IMG/VR virus record: IMGVR_UViG_3300045412_000547
Direction: 5' to 3' (one strand)
DNA: 64,000 nt
Source: a virus
Below, in pieces: positions 46,657 to 55,994 of this stretch. The translations under genes were made by a program, and so were the position numbers. The first letter of the stretch is position 1. Each line of letters opens with the position of its first letter. The notes under the pieces were generated by a model, which saw only the letters and a list, made by a program, of their open reading frames with translations, made no database searches and had not been told where the DNA came from.

Positions 46657-46861
46657 TGACAAGTTTGAACAATTATTGGAAAGCTACCCTACTTCCGTAA
46701 GAATAGTGAAAAGGGAGTTTTATCCTAAAAATTTTAAGCTTTCAGAAAACTTTATTAAAGCTTTTAGAGACGAATACAAAAGACTTGTAGATGAAGGGCA
46801 CGATAAAAGAAATGCTTTAAGAAAAATTAATAAAGCATTATTTTTTCACACCAGAGCTTAA
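46643..46861 (+). CDS. hypothetical late protein, capsid-targeting-like N-terminus
   Basis: TAAATA-N5-GTG; MTKFNDKFEQLLE. Confidence 0.65.
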   Translation: MTKFNDKFEQLLESYPTSVRIVKREFYPKNFKLSENFIKAFRDEYKRLVDEGHDKRNALRKINKALFFHTRA

Positions 46862-47571
46862 AAGAATTTTGTAACTTTGTATTTAAATCCAAGATTAAAA
46901 TTCAATCTATGAGCCTGGGTGTGATATACATCGAATGAAAAGCAGTTGTTTGCCGCGGGTAAAATATTAGTAACGTATAGTGTACCAGAAAGTAGGGGCA
47001 TTACTGAAGTATAAGCAGGATTTAAAACTAAATTAATATCAGCTTCAAGAACATCTGTATAAGCTAAATTTGCAGGTAAAGGATTAGAAACTGTTACTGT
47101 TTGATATTGATTGTTAGATTGTATTATACCAGTTCCATAAGCAACATAAACGCTAGTAAAAATATTATCTAAATAAGAAGTAACGGCCGGAACAAAATTA
47201 GTTTTTATATCATTGTATTCAGGTGAACCAACAATATAATCTGCACTCATACAAATACCACCTGTGTATATAAACTTATTATAATAGCTGTTTACCAAAG
47301 ATGCACCTGTTCGTCCATTTGAACAAAAATTATTTGCTGAAATATTAGCTGCTAAAGTAATTGAGTTTGCAAAAATATCTTGCGCACAAGTAGTGCCCAT
47401 TATAGTGGCATTTTTACCTGTATCTGTCTTTACAACATTTAAATTCTCAAACGTTATTGTGTTGGTACCTTGTTCTGTCTGTACTATAAGTAAGTCCCCC
47501 TCCACCAATTCGGGAACTGCAGGGAGTTGAGAAATATTAACAAAATTACTATTTGACGCGTTGATTGCCAT
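46858..47571 (-). CDS. structural protein, fibre/baseplate-like
   Basis: ISQLP...GDLLIV.T..GT..IT fibre-head-type N-terminus; S/T/N-rich; perfect TATAAATA 6 nt upstream. Confidence 0.55.
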   Translation of the reverse strand: MAINASNSNFVNISQLPAVPELVEGDLLIVQTEQGTNTITFENLNVVKTDTGKNATIMGTTCAQDIFANSITLAANISANNFCSNGRTGASLVNSYYNKFIYTGGICMSADYIVGSPEYNDIKTNFVPAVTSYLDNIFTSVYVAYGTGIIQSNNQYQTVTVSNPLPANLAYTDVLEADINLVLNPAYTSVMPLLSGTLYVTNILPAANNCFSFDVYHTQAHRLNFNLGFKYKVTKFF

Positions 47572-47577
47572 CTATAG

Positions 47578-47585
47578 TATTTATA
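47578..47585 (-). promoter_or_regulatory. late promoter TATAAATA
   Basis: Perfect consensus, N6 to ATG 47571. Confidence 0.7.
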
Positions 47586-47605
47586 TTAAAATATTAAAAG
47601 CCCAT

Positions 47606-48424
47606 ATGAATAAAATCGGTGTAGGTATAGTTACATGTAATCGGCCTACATTCTTTCTTAAAAGTTTAATGAGTATACCCGATTCAATTACAGATATTGT
47701 CGTGGTTAATGATGGTGATGACTTCGCTGATATTGACAAATTATATAAAAAGAAAAGTTTTATGTATCTTCATAACAGTACAAATTTAGGTGTAGGTAAA
47801 TCAAAAAATAAGTTAATGCGTTATTTATTGAGTAATAATTGTGATCATATTTTTATTATAGAAGACGATATTGTTGTTAAAGATCCTGAAGTGTTTAATG
47901 CATATACTAAAGCTAGAAATAAGACTGGTATTCAACATTTTAATTTCGGCTATCACGGTCCTGCTAATAAAGCAGGTATTTCTGGAGGCAAGCCAGTTCC
48001 AAGATTTATAGTAGATTATGGGGATATCAAAATCGCAATTAACATGCATAGTGTAGGTGCTTTTTGTTATTATACAAAAGAAGTGTTAAATAAAGTTGGT
48101 TTAATTGATGAAGATTATACTAATGCTTTTGAGCATGTAGATCATGATTACAGAATTGCAAAAGCTGGCTTTGGTACACCTTATTGGAATTTTGCTGATA
48201 TAGCAAATAGCTGTGATTATCTAGAAGAAATAGAGTGCTCAGAACACAGTAGTGCTATACGCCCTAGAAAAGATTGGCAGAAAAATATTCAAGAAGGTGC
48301 ATTAATATTTCAAAAGAAACATGGATATTTACCCTCATGGCAGAACGCTGTACCCGATACACCACAAGATACGGTCAAAGAAATTTTAAAAGTCATTTAT
48401 AAGAAACATGCAATCCGAACTTGA
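47606..48424 (+). CDS. GT2-family glycosyltransferase
   Basis: GIVTCNRP, VVNDG, NLGVG.SKN, IEDD, G.IDE.Y..AFEH.D. Confidence 0.85.
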   Translation: MNKIGVGIVTCNRPTFFLKSLMSIPDSITDIVVVNDGDDFADIDKLYKKKSFMYLHNSTNLGVGKSKNKLMRYLLSNNCDHIFIIEDDIVVKDPEVFNAYTKARNKTGIQHFNFGYHGPANKAGISGGKPVPRFIVDYGDIKIAINMHSVGAFCYYTKEVLNKVGLIDEDYTNAFEHVDHDYRIAKAGFGTPYWNFADIANSCDYLEEIECSEHSSAIRPRKDWQKNIQEGALIFQKKHGYLPSWQNAVPDTPQDTVKEILKVIYKKHAIRT

Positions 48425-49157
48425 TATTTTAATTCCTGTTTCAATTGATCACGAGGATAGACTGAGAAACTTGTCTATAGTTTTAAACTATTTAACCAAA
48501 GCTAGGTTTAAAAATGTATATGTTCGAGAATATTATAAAGAAGAACCTAAGGCTAAAAATTTACTACAACAATATACTCAATATAAATACACTTCTTTTA
48601 AAAATGAAAAGGATTATTTTAATAAGATGAAATGTATTAATGAATTGTTTGATTTTACTAGCAATCAAATTGCTTGTTGGTATGACGTCGACGTATTAGT
48701 AAATAAAAAAAGTCTTATTGATTCAATAATATTGATTAAGGAAGGTAAATATGATATTGTTTACCCTTATGATGGTAAATTTTATGATATATCTGCAGAA
48801 ACCGTTAAAAAACTAGTAACTGATTTAAATACACCTATAGAACTTAAGGAATGTATTTTATTCAATAAAAGTTCTTGGGGAGGATGTGCCGTATTTTCTA
48901 GCAATGCTTTCTTAAGAGGCGGTAAATGTAATCCTAATTTTAAAAATGTTGGTTATGACGATGATGAATTTTTAATGCGGTTCAGACGTCTTGGATTTAA
49001 CATTGGTAGAACTGATGGTGTATTATTACACCTAAATCACTTTAGAGGTAACACATCGTTTAATTATAATGACTATACGCAAGATAATATTAATGAAGTT
49101 ACAAAAGTTACACATATACCTCTTGAAGAATTAAAACAGTATATTAAGAAATGGTAA
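48408..49157 (+). CDS. GT-A glycosyltransferase (GT7/GT2 C-terminal-like)
   Basis: DRLRNL, FNK, YDVD, GG, F...GYDDDE, LLHLNH. Confidence 0.75.
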   Translation: MQSELDILIPVSIDHEDRLRNLSIVLNYLTKARFKNVYVREYYKEEPKAKNLLQQYTQYKYTSFKNEKDYFNKMKCINELFDFTSNQIACWYDVDVLVNKKSLIDSIILIKEGKYDIVYPYDGKFYDISAETVKKLVTDLNTPIELKECILFNKSSWGGCAVFSSNAFLRGGKCNPNFKNVGYDDDEFLMRFRRLGFNIGRTDGVLLHLNHFRGNTSFNYNDYTQDNINEVTKVTHIPLEELKQYIKKW

Positions 49158-50002
49158 TGATTACAGCTCGATTAAAAGGCGGATTAGGTAATCAAATGTT
49201 TCAAATAGGAACAGTATTAGCGCTTGCTAAAAAATTTAAAGATAATTATGGTATTGATTATAACATAAAACATTATTCCGGTCAGGGTTTTCCACATCTT
49301 AAATATAAAGACAATATTTTTAAAAACATTCCTATTATAGATTTCAAAGTAACCGATTTTAAAGTATATAATGAGCCAAAGTTTAATTATGTAGAAATAC
49401 CGAAAACAAAGGAAAACCTTATAATTGATGGATACTTTCAAACACAAAAATATTTTTTAGATTTTAAAGAAGATGTAAAAAATATGTTTTATTTTGACCC
49501 GTCTTTAAAAGAGGCTGTAGATAGAAAAGTAAGATCTATAAAAAATGTAGCTGAAAAAAATAAAGTTACAGTTATGCACGTGCGTAGAGGAGAATATACT
49601 CTTCTTCCTAAAATACACCCCGTACAGCCTTTAGAGTTTTTTAATAAAGCTTATGAAATTTGTAATGACGGAGATACTTGTTTCATCATCATAACCGACA
49701 CACCGGATTGGTGTAGGTATAATTTTAAACAAAAAAATGTCTTTTTCTTTCAATCAGGATTTAACTTTTTTCATGACCATAAAGGCGGGGGTCTAAGCGA
49801 GTTATATGATCTGTATATAGCATCTTCTGCAGATAAAAATATTATTTCTAATAGTTCGTTTGGCTGGTGGGGTGCATATCTTGGCAAACCAAAAGAAAAC
49901 GTTATTTGCCCTCGTCATTGGTTTGGAGAGAGTGTATGGTTTAAACCTACCAATTGGAAGGATTGGGAAGATATATTTGTTGATGGTTGGGAGATATTAT
50001 GA
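49157..50002 (+). CDS. alpha-1,2-fucosyltransferase family (GT11)
   Basis: GGLGNQMFQ, GYFQ, HVRRGEY, IISNSSFGWWGAYL. Confidence 0.9.
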   Translation: MITARLKGGLGNQMFQIGTVLALAKKFKDNYGIDYNIKHYSGQGFPHLKYKDNIFKNIPIIDFKVTDFKVYNEPKFNYVEIPKTKENLIIDGYFQTQKYFLDFKEDVKNMFYFDPSLKEAVDRKVRSIKNVAEKNKVTVMHVRRGEYTLLPKIHPVQPLEFFNKAYEICNDGDTCFIIITDTPDWCRYNFKQKNVFFFQSGFNFFHDHKGGGLSELYDLYIASSADKNIISNSSFGWWGAYLGKPKENVICPRHWFGESVWFKPTNWKDWEDIFVDGWEIL

Positions 50003-50838
50003 AAAATATTTTAATTTTAGGATCTGAAGGACAAATTGGTAAGCCGCTAGAGGAATATCTAAACACAAAAGGATATAGAGTTGTTGGGCTCGATATAACA
50101 AAATCTGCTTATCATGATTTGAGAGAGTATGATAATTCTATTATTAGTGGTTATATAAAAAATACTGACTTTGTTTATTTTTTAGCGTTTGATGTAGGGG
50201 GGTCAAGATACTTAAAAGAATATCAATATACGTATGATTTTATTGATAATAATACGCGTATAATTGCAAACACATTTCATTTTTTGAGATTATATAATAA
50301 ACCATTTATTTTTGCTTCTAGTCAAATGTCTAATATGAGTTACTCTCCTTACGGCGTTACTAAAGCTTTAGGAGAATATTACGCAAAGAATTTAAACGGG
50401 AGAATCGTTAAATTTTGGAATGTTTACGGCATAGAAAATGATATGGCCAAAGCGCATGTAATAACGGATTTTATTTTAAAAGCAAAGCACAATAATATTA
50501 TCGATATGATGACAGATGGCCAAGAAGAGAGACAGCTTTTATACAGCGAGGATTGTTGTAAGTGCTTAGAAATTGTTGCTAATAACTTTGATAAAATTTC
50601 AAAAGACAAAGAATTACATATAACTAATTTTGAGTGGTTTAAAATTATTGATGTTGCTTACAAAATAGCGAATCTGTTTCCTGGCACAACAGTTATACCT
50701 TCGACTAATAAAGACACGGTACAGTTAAATAAAAAAAATGAACCTGATCCTTACATTTTAAATTTTTGGAAGCCAGAAGTAACTATTAATGAAGGTTTAG
50801 CCAAAATTTCCTCCTTTTATAAGAATAGTAATTTTTAA
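49999..50838 (+). CDS. NAD-dependent nucleotide-sugar epimerase/dehydratase
   Basis: GSEGQIG, FASS, YGVTK, NVYG. Confidence 0.85.
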   Translation: MKNILILGSEGQIGKPLEEYLNTKGYRVVGLDITKSAYHDLREYDNSIISGYIKNTDFVYFLAFDVGGSRYLKEYQYTYDFIDNNTRIIANTFHFLRLYNKPFIFASSQMSNMSYSPYGVTKALGEYYAKNLNGRIVKFWNVYGIENDMAKAHVITDFILKAKHNNIIDMMTDGQEERQLLYSEDCCKCLEIVANNFDKISKDKELHITNFEWFKIIDVAYKIANLFPGTTVIPSTNKDTVQLNKKNEPDPYILNFWKPEVTINEGLAKISSFYKNSNF

Positions 50839-50876
50839 GCTATTGAAGTTTATATTTTTTTAGTAATATATATAAC

Positions 50877-51623
50877 ATGGATAATCTAATTCTTGGTCAG
50901 CAGTGGGGCGGGTTAGGAGATAACCTTCAATTTTCGACATTGCCTGAGCTTTATAGTAAGGTAAACAAAGAAGTATATATATCCTCAAGCAACGTAGTAA
51001 GAAATACCGAAATAAAAGAAATAGTATGGGATAAAAACCCTTTTATAAAAGGAACTTTAAATTTATCTCAGAATATTGGCGGTCATTTATTTTACTCTAT
51101 TCCTAAAAGTGCATGGGAAAAAAAATGTAACATAATAAAAAAATGGGAGCTTGTTCACGGCTTTAATTCTGATGATGATTTTCCTTTACCTAAAATTTAT
51201 TACAAACCTAATTTATTAGAAGCTTATTCTAATAAAATTGTAGCGGATTTTACTGCTACCACTTTAAATGAGCATTATAGTAGTGATTTATCTGTAATTA
51301 AAAATTATACTTTAAAAAACTATAATAAAAACGATTTCTTTATTTTACGACCATCTTCTAAAAATATTCAAAAACAATCATTAGCTAAATCTAATTTTGA
51401 ACATCAAGTTGTTGAGTATAGTAATATTTTTGAATATGCAGATATTATTTTTTCTGCTAAAAGATTTGTATGTTTCTACAGTGGTGGTATGGTTTTAGGA
51501 TCTGCCCTAAGAAAAAGTGATATAGACTGTATATTTCCGCCTCACCCGGATTATTACATAGAACATGAAATGCCTTATTATTATTTTCCAAATGTAAAAT
51601 ATATAGAAACACTTAAAAAATGA
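50877..51623 (+). CDS. putative glycosyltransferase (GT-B-like)
   Basis: GGLGDNL N-terminal loop, NPF, F...SG; glycan cluster context. Confidence 0.45.
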   Translation: MDNLILGQQWGGLGDNLQFSTLPELYSKVNKEVYISSSNVVRNTEIKEIVWDKNPFIKGTLNLSQNIGGHLFYSIPKSAWEKKCNIIKKWELVHGFNSDDDFPLPKIYYKPNLLEAYSNKIVADFTATTLNEHYSSDLSVIKNYTLKNYNKNDFFILRPSSKNIQKQSLAKSNFEHQVVEYSNIFEYADIIFSAKRFVCFYSGGMVLGSALRKSDIDCIFPPHPDYYIEHEMPYYYFPNVKYIETLKK

Positions 51624-52243
51624 TAGAAAACTATGAATTAATGCCTACCGGTGCTATAAAGCAAGTAAATATAAAACCGTTTAAATATGATTATGAGTAT
51701 ATAGAAAAGTCTTTTAATAAAATAGATAATAATTCTATGTCTTGCTTAAGGATTGGAAATATTTTAGGTACTATAGGCTATATACCTCAATCCTTACTTG
51801 ATGTGGGTTATGGCAATGGCAATTTTTTAGAGTGGTGCTCGAAGATTATTCCTAACTGTTATGGTAACGATATTGAGCCAGCTTATCCATTACCGGAGCA
51901 CATAAAATTTGTTAATAATATTACTGATCAGTTTTATGAAGTAATTACTTTTTTTGATTGTTTAGAACATTTTGCTTCTATTGATTTTTTTAATGATTTA
52001 AAGTGTAGATGGTTGGTGATAAGCTTACCATGGTGTCATTATTTTTCTGATGATTGGTTTAGATCATGGAAACATAGAAAAGTCGATGAACACATTTGGT
52101 ATTTTAATGATGATTCGTTAAGACAGACGTTAGAGCAATATAATTTTACATTAGTAAGATCAAACAATATTGAAGATACTATAAGAAAGCACGAAGCTTA
52201 TCCTAATATCTTGACACAAATATTTTTAAAAAATGAAACTTAA
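51620..52243 (+). CDS. class I SAM-dependent methyltransferase
   Basis: LLDVGYGNG.FL, FFDCLEH, EHIWYF. Confidence 0.8.
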   Translation: MIENYELMPTGAIKQVNIKPFKYDYEYIEKSFNKIDNNSMSCLRIGNILGTIGYIPQSLLDVGYGNGNFLEWCSKIIPNCYGNDIEPAYPLPEHIKFVNNITDQFYEVITFFDCLEHFASIDFFNDLKCRWLVISLPWCHYFSDDWFRSWKHRKVDEHIWYFNDDSLRQTLEQYNFTLVRSNNIEDTIRKHEAYPNILTQIFLKNET

Positions 52244-53096
52244 AATTGTTCAAGATAATTCTGCTTGTGGCCTTGGTTCTACAATTTTAAGAGTTATTCA
52301 TAATTTACAGTATATTCAAAACGACGATCTTTTATATTTTGAAATGAGAAACCTTTTATATTCAAGCAAAGGAAATACTTGGAATAAATTTTTTCACCAG
52401 CCTTTTGAAGATAAAAAAAATGAAATAGAATATTTATTTAACAAGGGAGAATACGAAATTATAACACGTTGGTATAAATGTGGTAATTTTGTTTTAGATT
52501 ATGCTAAAGATCAAAATAAAGACCAATTTTTAGATCGCGAATTTGTTGATTCGATACGTAAAATCACAAGAAAATATTTAAAAATTAAAAAAGAAATATC
52601 TGGTATAGGTAATTTTTTTGTCAAAAACAACTATGGTATGCAAAATGTTTTATCTATTCACAAAAGAGGTACAGACCATTTTGTTACAGGGGGACATGCA
52701 GCAGGACAAAAATATTTAATGGATTATAAAGCTGTGATTAAACCAGCTATAGAAAAAGCTTTAAAAGAAAATAAATGCGACAAGATATTTTTAGCTACAG
52801 ACGAGCAAGAAACATATGATAATGTAAAAAATGATTTTGGCAGTATAGTTTTAAAATATAACACAGAGCTTATGCCTACAGGTTCAGACGGTGGTCTTCA
52901 TTATTCTAATGCTTATAGTGATGACGCTAAAAAATATAAATTAGGTGTAGATATGCTCACGGATGTTATTATAATGGCTTCTTGCAAATACAGTCTGTGT
53001 ATGAGAAGTAATGTTTCTTTTTTAAATATTCTACTTCGGGATAATTACAATTATGAATTTATTGACAACCATATTGATTATGGAAGATGGTATTGA
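52233..53096 (+). CDS. NodZ/GT23-like (alpha-1,6/O-) fucosyltransferase family
   Basis: CGLGS, SIHKRGTD, IFLATD, D.....C.Y.....SNVS. Confidence 0.75.
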   Translation: MKLKIVQDNSACGLGSTILRVIHNLQYIQNDDLLYFEMRNLLYSSKGNTWNKFFHQPFEDKKNEIEYLFNKGEYEIITRWYKCGNFVLDYAKDQNKDQFLDREFVDSIRKITRKYLKIKKEISGIGNFFVKNNYGMQNVLSIHKRGTDHFVTGGHAAGQKYLMDYKAVIKPAIEKALKENKCDKIFLATDEQETYDNVKNDFGSIVLKYNTELMPTGSDGGLHYSNAYSDDAKKYKLGVDMLTDVIIMASCKYSLCMRSNVSFLNILLRDNYNYEFIDNHIDYGRWY

Positions 53097-53104
53097 TTAT
53101 GGAA
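53072..53104 (+). repeat. 14-bp direct repeat TATTGATTATGGAA x2
   Basis: Copies at 53072-53085 and 53091-53104 spanning the stop codon. Confidence 0.85.
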
Positions 53105-53114
53105 AGGTTAGATA

Positions 53115-53957
53115 ATGATAAAAGTAAACTTATTTGATGGTACGTTCGGACATTCTTTAAATGAGAATGGGTTTCTAACTTCTACAAAAGATAGAAAACC
53201 TACGTTAATTTCATATAAAGAAAAATTAATGTCTTATGATGGTATAACTGTTTTTAGTGATGAATATATGTACAGTGATTTTCCCGAACAGGTCAAAACA
53301 AAAACTAAGGTTGGATGGTGTATTGAATCGCCTGGTGTTAAACCTCAAGTTACGCAAAATTTAGAAAAAATAGATAACCGGTTCGATTATATCATCACCT
53401 TTAGAAGAGATTTAATTGAAAAAAATCCAAAAAAATATCTACCGGCTATTGTTGGTGGTACTTGGATAAACGAAAATGATCATGGGTTATATAAAGATGA
53501 AAAATCTAAAAATTGTTCTATTATACTTTCAGGTAAATCCTTTTTACCCGGACAGCAATTAAGACATGCAATTTATCGTCAAGTACAGGGTATAGATGCA
53601 TTTGGCGGTGGTACTAAAACCGGACACATATTCGATAAATTAGATTCTTTAAAGAACTATAAGTTTACTTTTGTTATCGAAAACTGTCAATACTATAATT
53701 ATTTTACAGAAAAACTTATAGATGCTTTTGTAACAGGCTGTATACCTATATATTGGGGCTGTCCTAATATAGGTGATTTTTTTGATTTAAAAGGATTAAT
53801 TTTGTTTAATAGTTTAACTGATATTAAAAAGCTAAAACTATCTAATAATTATTTTATTGAAAGGTCAGTTAATATTAAAAATAACTTTAAAAAAGCACAA
53901 GAGTACCTCTCTTCGGATGATTCTTTAGCTAAAACAATAAAAAAATATATTTTATGA
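53115..53957 (+). CDS. alpha-1,3/4-fucosyltransferase family (GT10)
   Basis: ESP, YKFTFVIEN....YFTEKLID.F..GCIPIYWG. Confidence 0.88.
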   Translation: MIKVNLFDGTFGHSLNENGFLTSTKDRKPTLISYKEKLMSYDGITVFSDEYMYSDFPEQVKTKTKVGWCIESPGVKPQVTQNLEKIDNRFDYIITFRRDLIEKNPKKYLPAIVGGTWINENDHGLYKDEKSKNCSIILSGKSFLPGQQLRHAIYRQVQGIDAFGGGTKTGHIFDKLDSLKNYKFTFVIENCQYYNYFTEKLIDAFVTGCIPIYWGCPNIGDFFDLKGLILFNSLTDIKKLKLSNNYFIERSVNIKNNFKKAQEYLSSDDSLAKTIKKYIL

Positions 53958-54946
53958 AATATGCATTAGTATGTGGCGCAGGTGGTTTTATTGGAAACCA
54001 TTTAGTAAATAAATTAAAAGATCTTGGTTACTGGGTAAGAGGAGTAGATTTAAAATCTCCAGAATTTAGCAGTACAAATGCAGATGATTTTATTGTAGGT
54101 GATTTACGAGACAGACAAATAGTAAAAGATAGTTTATATGTATTGAAAGATAGCAATACAAACAGTAAAGAAATTTATGTAGATGAAATATATCAATTAG
54201 CTGCTGATATGGGCGGAGCAGGATATATTTTTACTGGTGATCATGATGCCGATGTAATGCATAATTCTGCATCGATTAATTTAAATGTTGTTGATCTGGC
54301 TACTAAATTTAAAGTTAAAAAATTATTTTACAGTAGTAGTGCATGCATGTATCCGGAGCATAATCAATTGGACCCTGATAACCCAAATTGTGAAGAAAGC
54401 TCTGCATACCCAGCTAATCCAGACAGCGAATACGGTTGGGAGAAATTATTTAGTGAACGTTTATATTTAGCTTATAAGCGAAATTATGGGTTAAACGTAA
54501 AGATTGCTCGTTTTCATAATATTTTTGGCCCGCTCGGCTCATGGAATAACGGAAAAGAGAAAGCTCCCGCTGCTATTTGTAGAAAAGTGGCCCAAGCAGT
54601 TGACGGGGGCGAAATTGAGATTTGGGGAGACGGTAATCAAACGAGAAGCTTTTTGTATGTTGATGAATGTTTAGATGGGATTATTAAATTAATGGAATCT
54701 AATTTTGAAGGCCCTGTAAATATAGGATCTGAAGAAAAAGTTTCTATTAATCAATTAGTAAATATTGTTTCTAAAATAGCAGGTAAAACTTTAATTAAAA
54801 AGCATATTAAAGGGCCTACAGGAGTAAGAGGTAGAAATTCAGATAATAAACTGATTAAAGAAAAAGTTGGATGGGCACCATCTCAACCTCTAGAAGTAGG
54901 CCTTAGTAAAACGTATGCTTGGATCAATAAAATGATATATGTATGA
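53954..54946 (+). CDS. GDP-mannose 3,5-epimerase-like SDR
   Basis: GAGGFIG, LAADMGGAG, YSSSACMYP, YGWEK, RFHNIFGP, EKAPAA.CRK, WGDG.QTRSF, GVRGRNSDN. Confidence 0.85.
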   Translation: MKYALVCGAGGFIGNHLVNKLKDLGYWVRGVDLKSPEFSSTNADDFIVGDLRDRQIVKDSLYVLKDSNTNSKEIYVDEIYQLAADMGGAGYIFTGDHDADVMHNSASINLNVVDLATKFKVKKLFYSSSACMYPEHNQLDPDNPNCEESSAYPANPDSEYGWEKLFSERLYLAYKRNYGLNVKIARFHNIFGPLGSWNNGKEKAPAAICRKVAQAVDGGEIEIWGDGNQTRSFLYVDECLDGIIKLMESNFEGPVNIGSEEKVSINQLVNIVSKIAGKTLIKKHIKGPTGVRGRNSDNKLIKEKVGWAPSQPLEVGLSKTYAWINKMIYV

Positions 54947-55000
54947 CTATTATTGAACTTATTTTTTTTATTGCAGTTCTTGCTTACCTTATTAAAATAA

Positions 55001-55603
55001 TTGGAGAACATTAATGTGATTTCTGAAGACATTAAAATTTATGACGGTAGTTTAATTCACAGTCGCTTTGCTTATAAATTCTTCAAAGAACGTACATTAC
55101 CTATTGGAAATATTCTAGCGTTTCGTGCGCCTATGAAAGTTGAAGCAGAAGGAATGATTGATACTGAGGACGTTTTAAATAATGATTTTATTTATAGTGA
55201 AGATGCTATTAATTTTGTTTGGGAAATACCATATTTAGATCCTTTTGGCGCGGTTGCCTGGCAAAGACTGTTTAATACGCAGGTAGCAAATATTTTAAGT
55301 ACTTCTTACCTTAAGGCCCCTATTACTGTAGACGGAGACGATATGATCGTTCAGAAAGAGCATACTCAAGGCGGTGTCACCCAAACTAGTGGTAAATGCA
55401 GTGTGAGTATAACTTATGTAAAGAACGGAACTGCGCTAGGTCATACAGGTATTAATATTAAAGCCGGTAAAAAAGCTCCTGCATTTGCTTTTTCTACTAA
55501 TTTAGATGATACCCAGGCTATCGGGCTTATGCAGGATGCAATAAAGCTTTTTTATACTTTAAACGATGATATTTTTATCGCTACTACTAAAGTTATCACT
55601 TGA
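55001..55603 (+). CDS. DUF366-like protein (biotin/lipoate-ligase-related fold); true start possibly GTG 55016
   Basis: YDGS.I...AY, I.AFR, M.D.ED, I.S, GDD, K.SVSI, H.GIN. Confidence 0.65.
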   Translation: MENINVISEDIKIYDGSLIHSRFAYKFFKERTLPIGNILAFRAPMKVEAEGMIDTEDVLNNDFIYSEDAINFVWEIPYLDPFGAVAWQRLFNTQVANILSTSYLKAPITVDGDDMIVQKEHTQGGVTQTSGKCSVSITYVKNGTALGHTGINIKAGKKAPAFAFSTNLDDTQAIGLMQDAIKLFYTLNDDIFIATTKVIT

Positions 55604-55968
55604 GTACAATTTTTGATTTTTTAAGCGATATTTTATTTACAAAAAATAAGACTGCATATAAGTCTATTGATGATAGTAAATCATTCTCACCATACCTCAT
55701 AAATCGATGGATTAGTATGTATTCTCCAGATTGTGCTTTAATGGTAAATAGCATTGGAAAATATATATCAACATTTGAAAACAAACTCGACTTTTACAAT
55801 CTTTTAGTAGCTGTAATACCAAAAAAAGTTAGAAAAAATATAAGCTATGTAAAGAAAATTAAAGACGAGACAAAACCTAAAGAGGATAGTATTGATTTAG
55901 TTGGGCTTCTTAGTAAAAAACACGAAATTTCTAAAAGAGAAGTAAAGGAATATCTATCGATTGAATAA
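55600..55968 (+). CDS. clamp loader small subunit (gp62-like)
   Basis: F.FL..I...K, SPYLINRWIS, YVKK, IS.RE..EY. Confidence 0.6.
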   Translation: MSTIFDFLSDILFTKNKTAYKSIDDSKSFSPYLINRWISMYSPDCALMVNSIGKYISTFENKLDFYNLLVAVIPKKVRKNISYVKKIKDETKPKEDSIDLVGLLSKKHEISKREVKEYLSIE

Positions 55969-55994
55969 ATAAAGCGCTCGCATAAGTCATTTTA

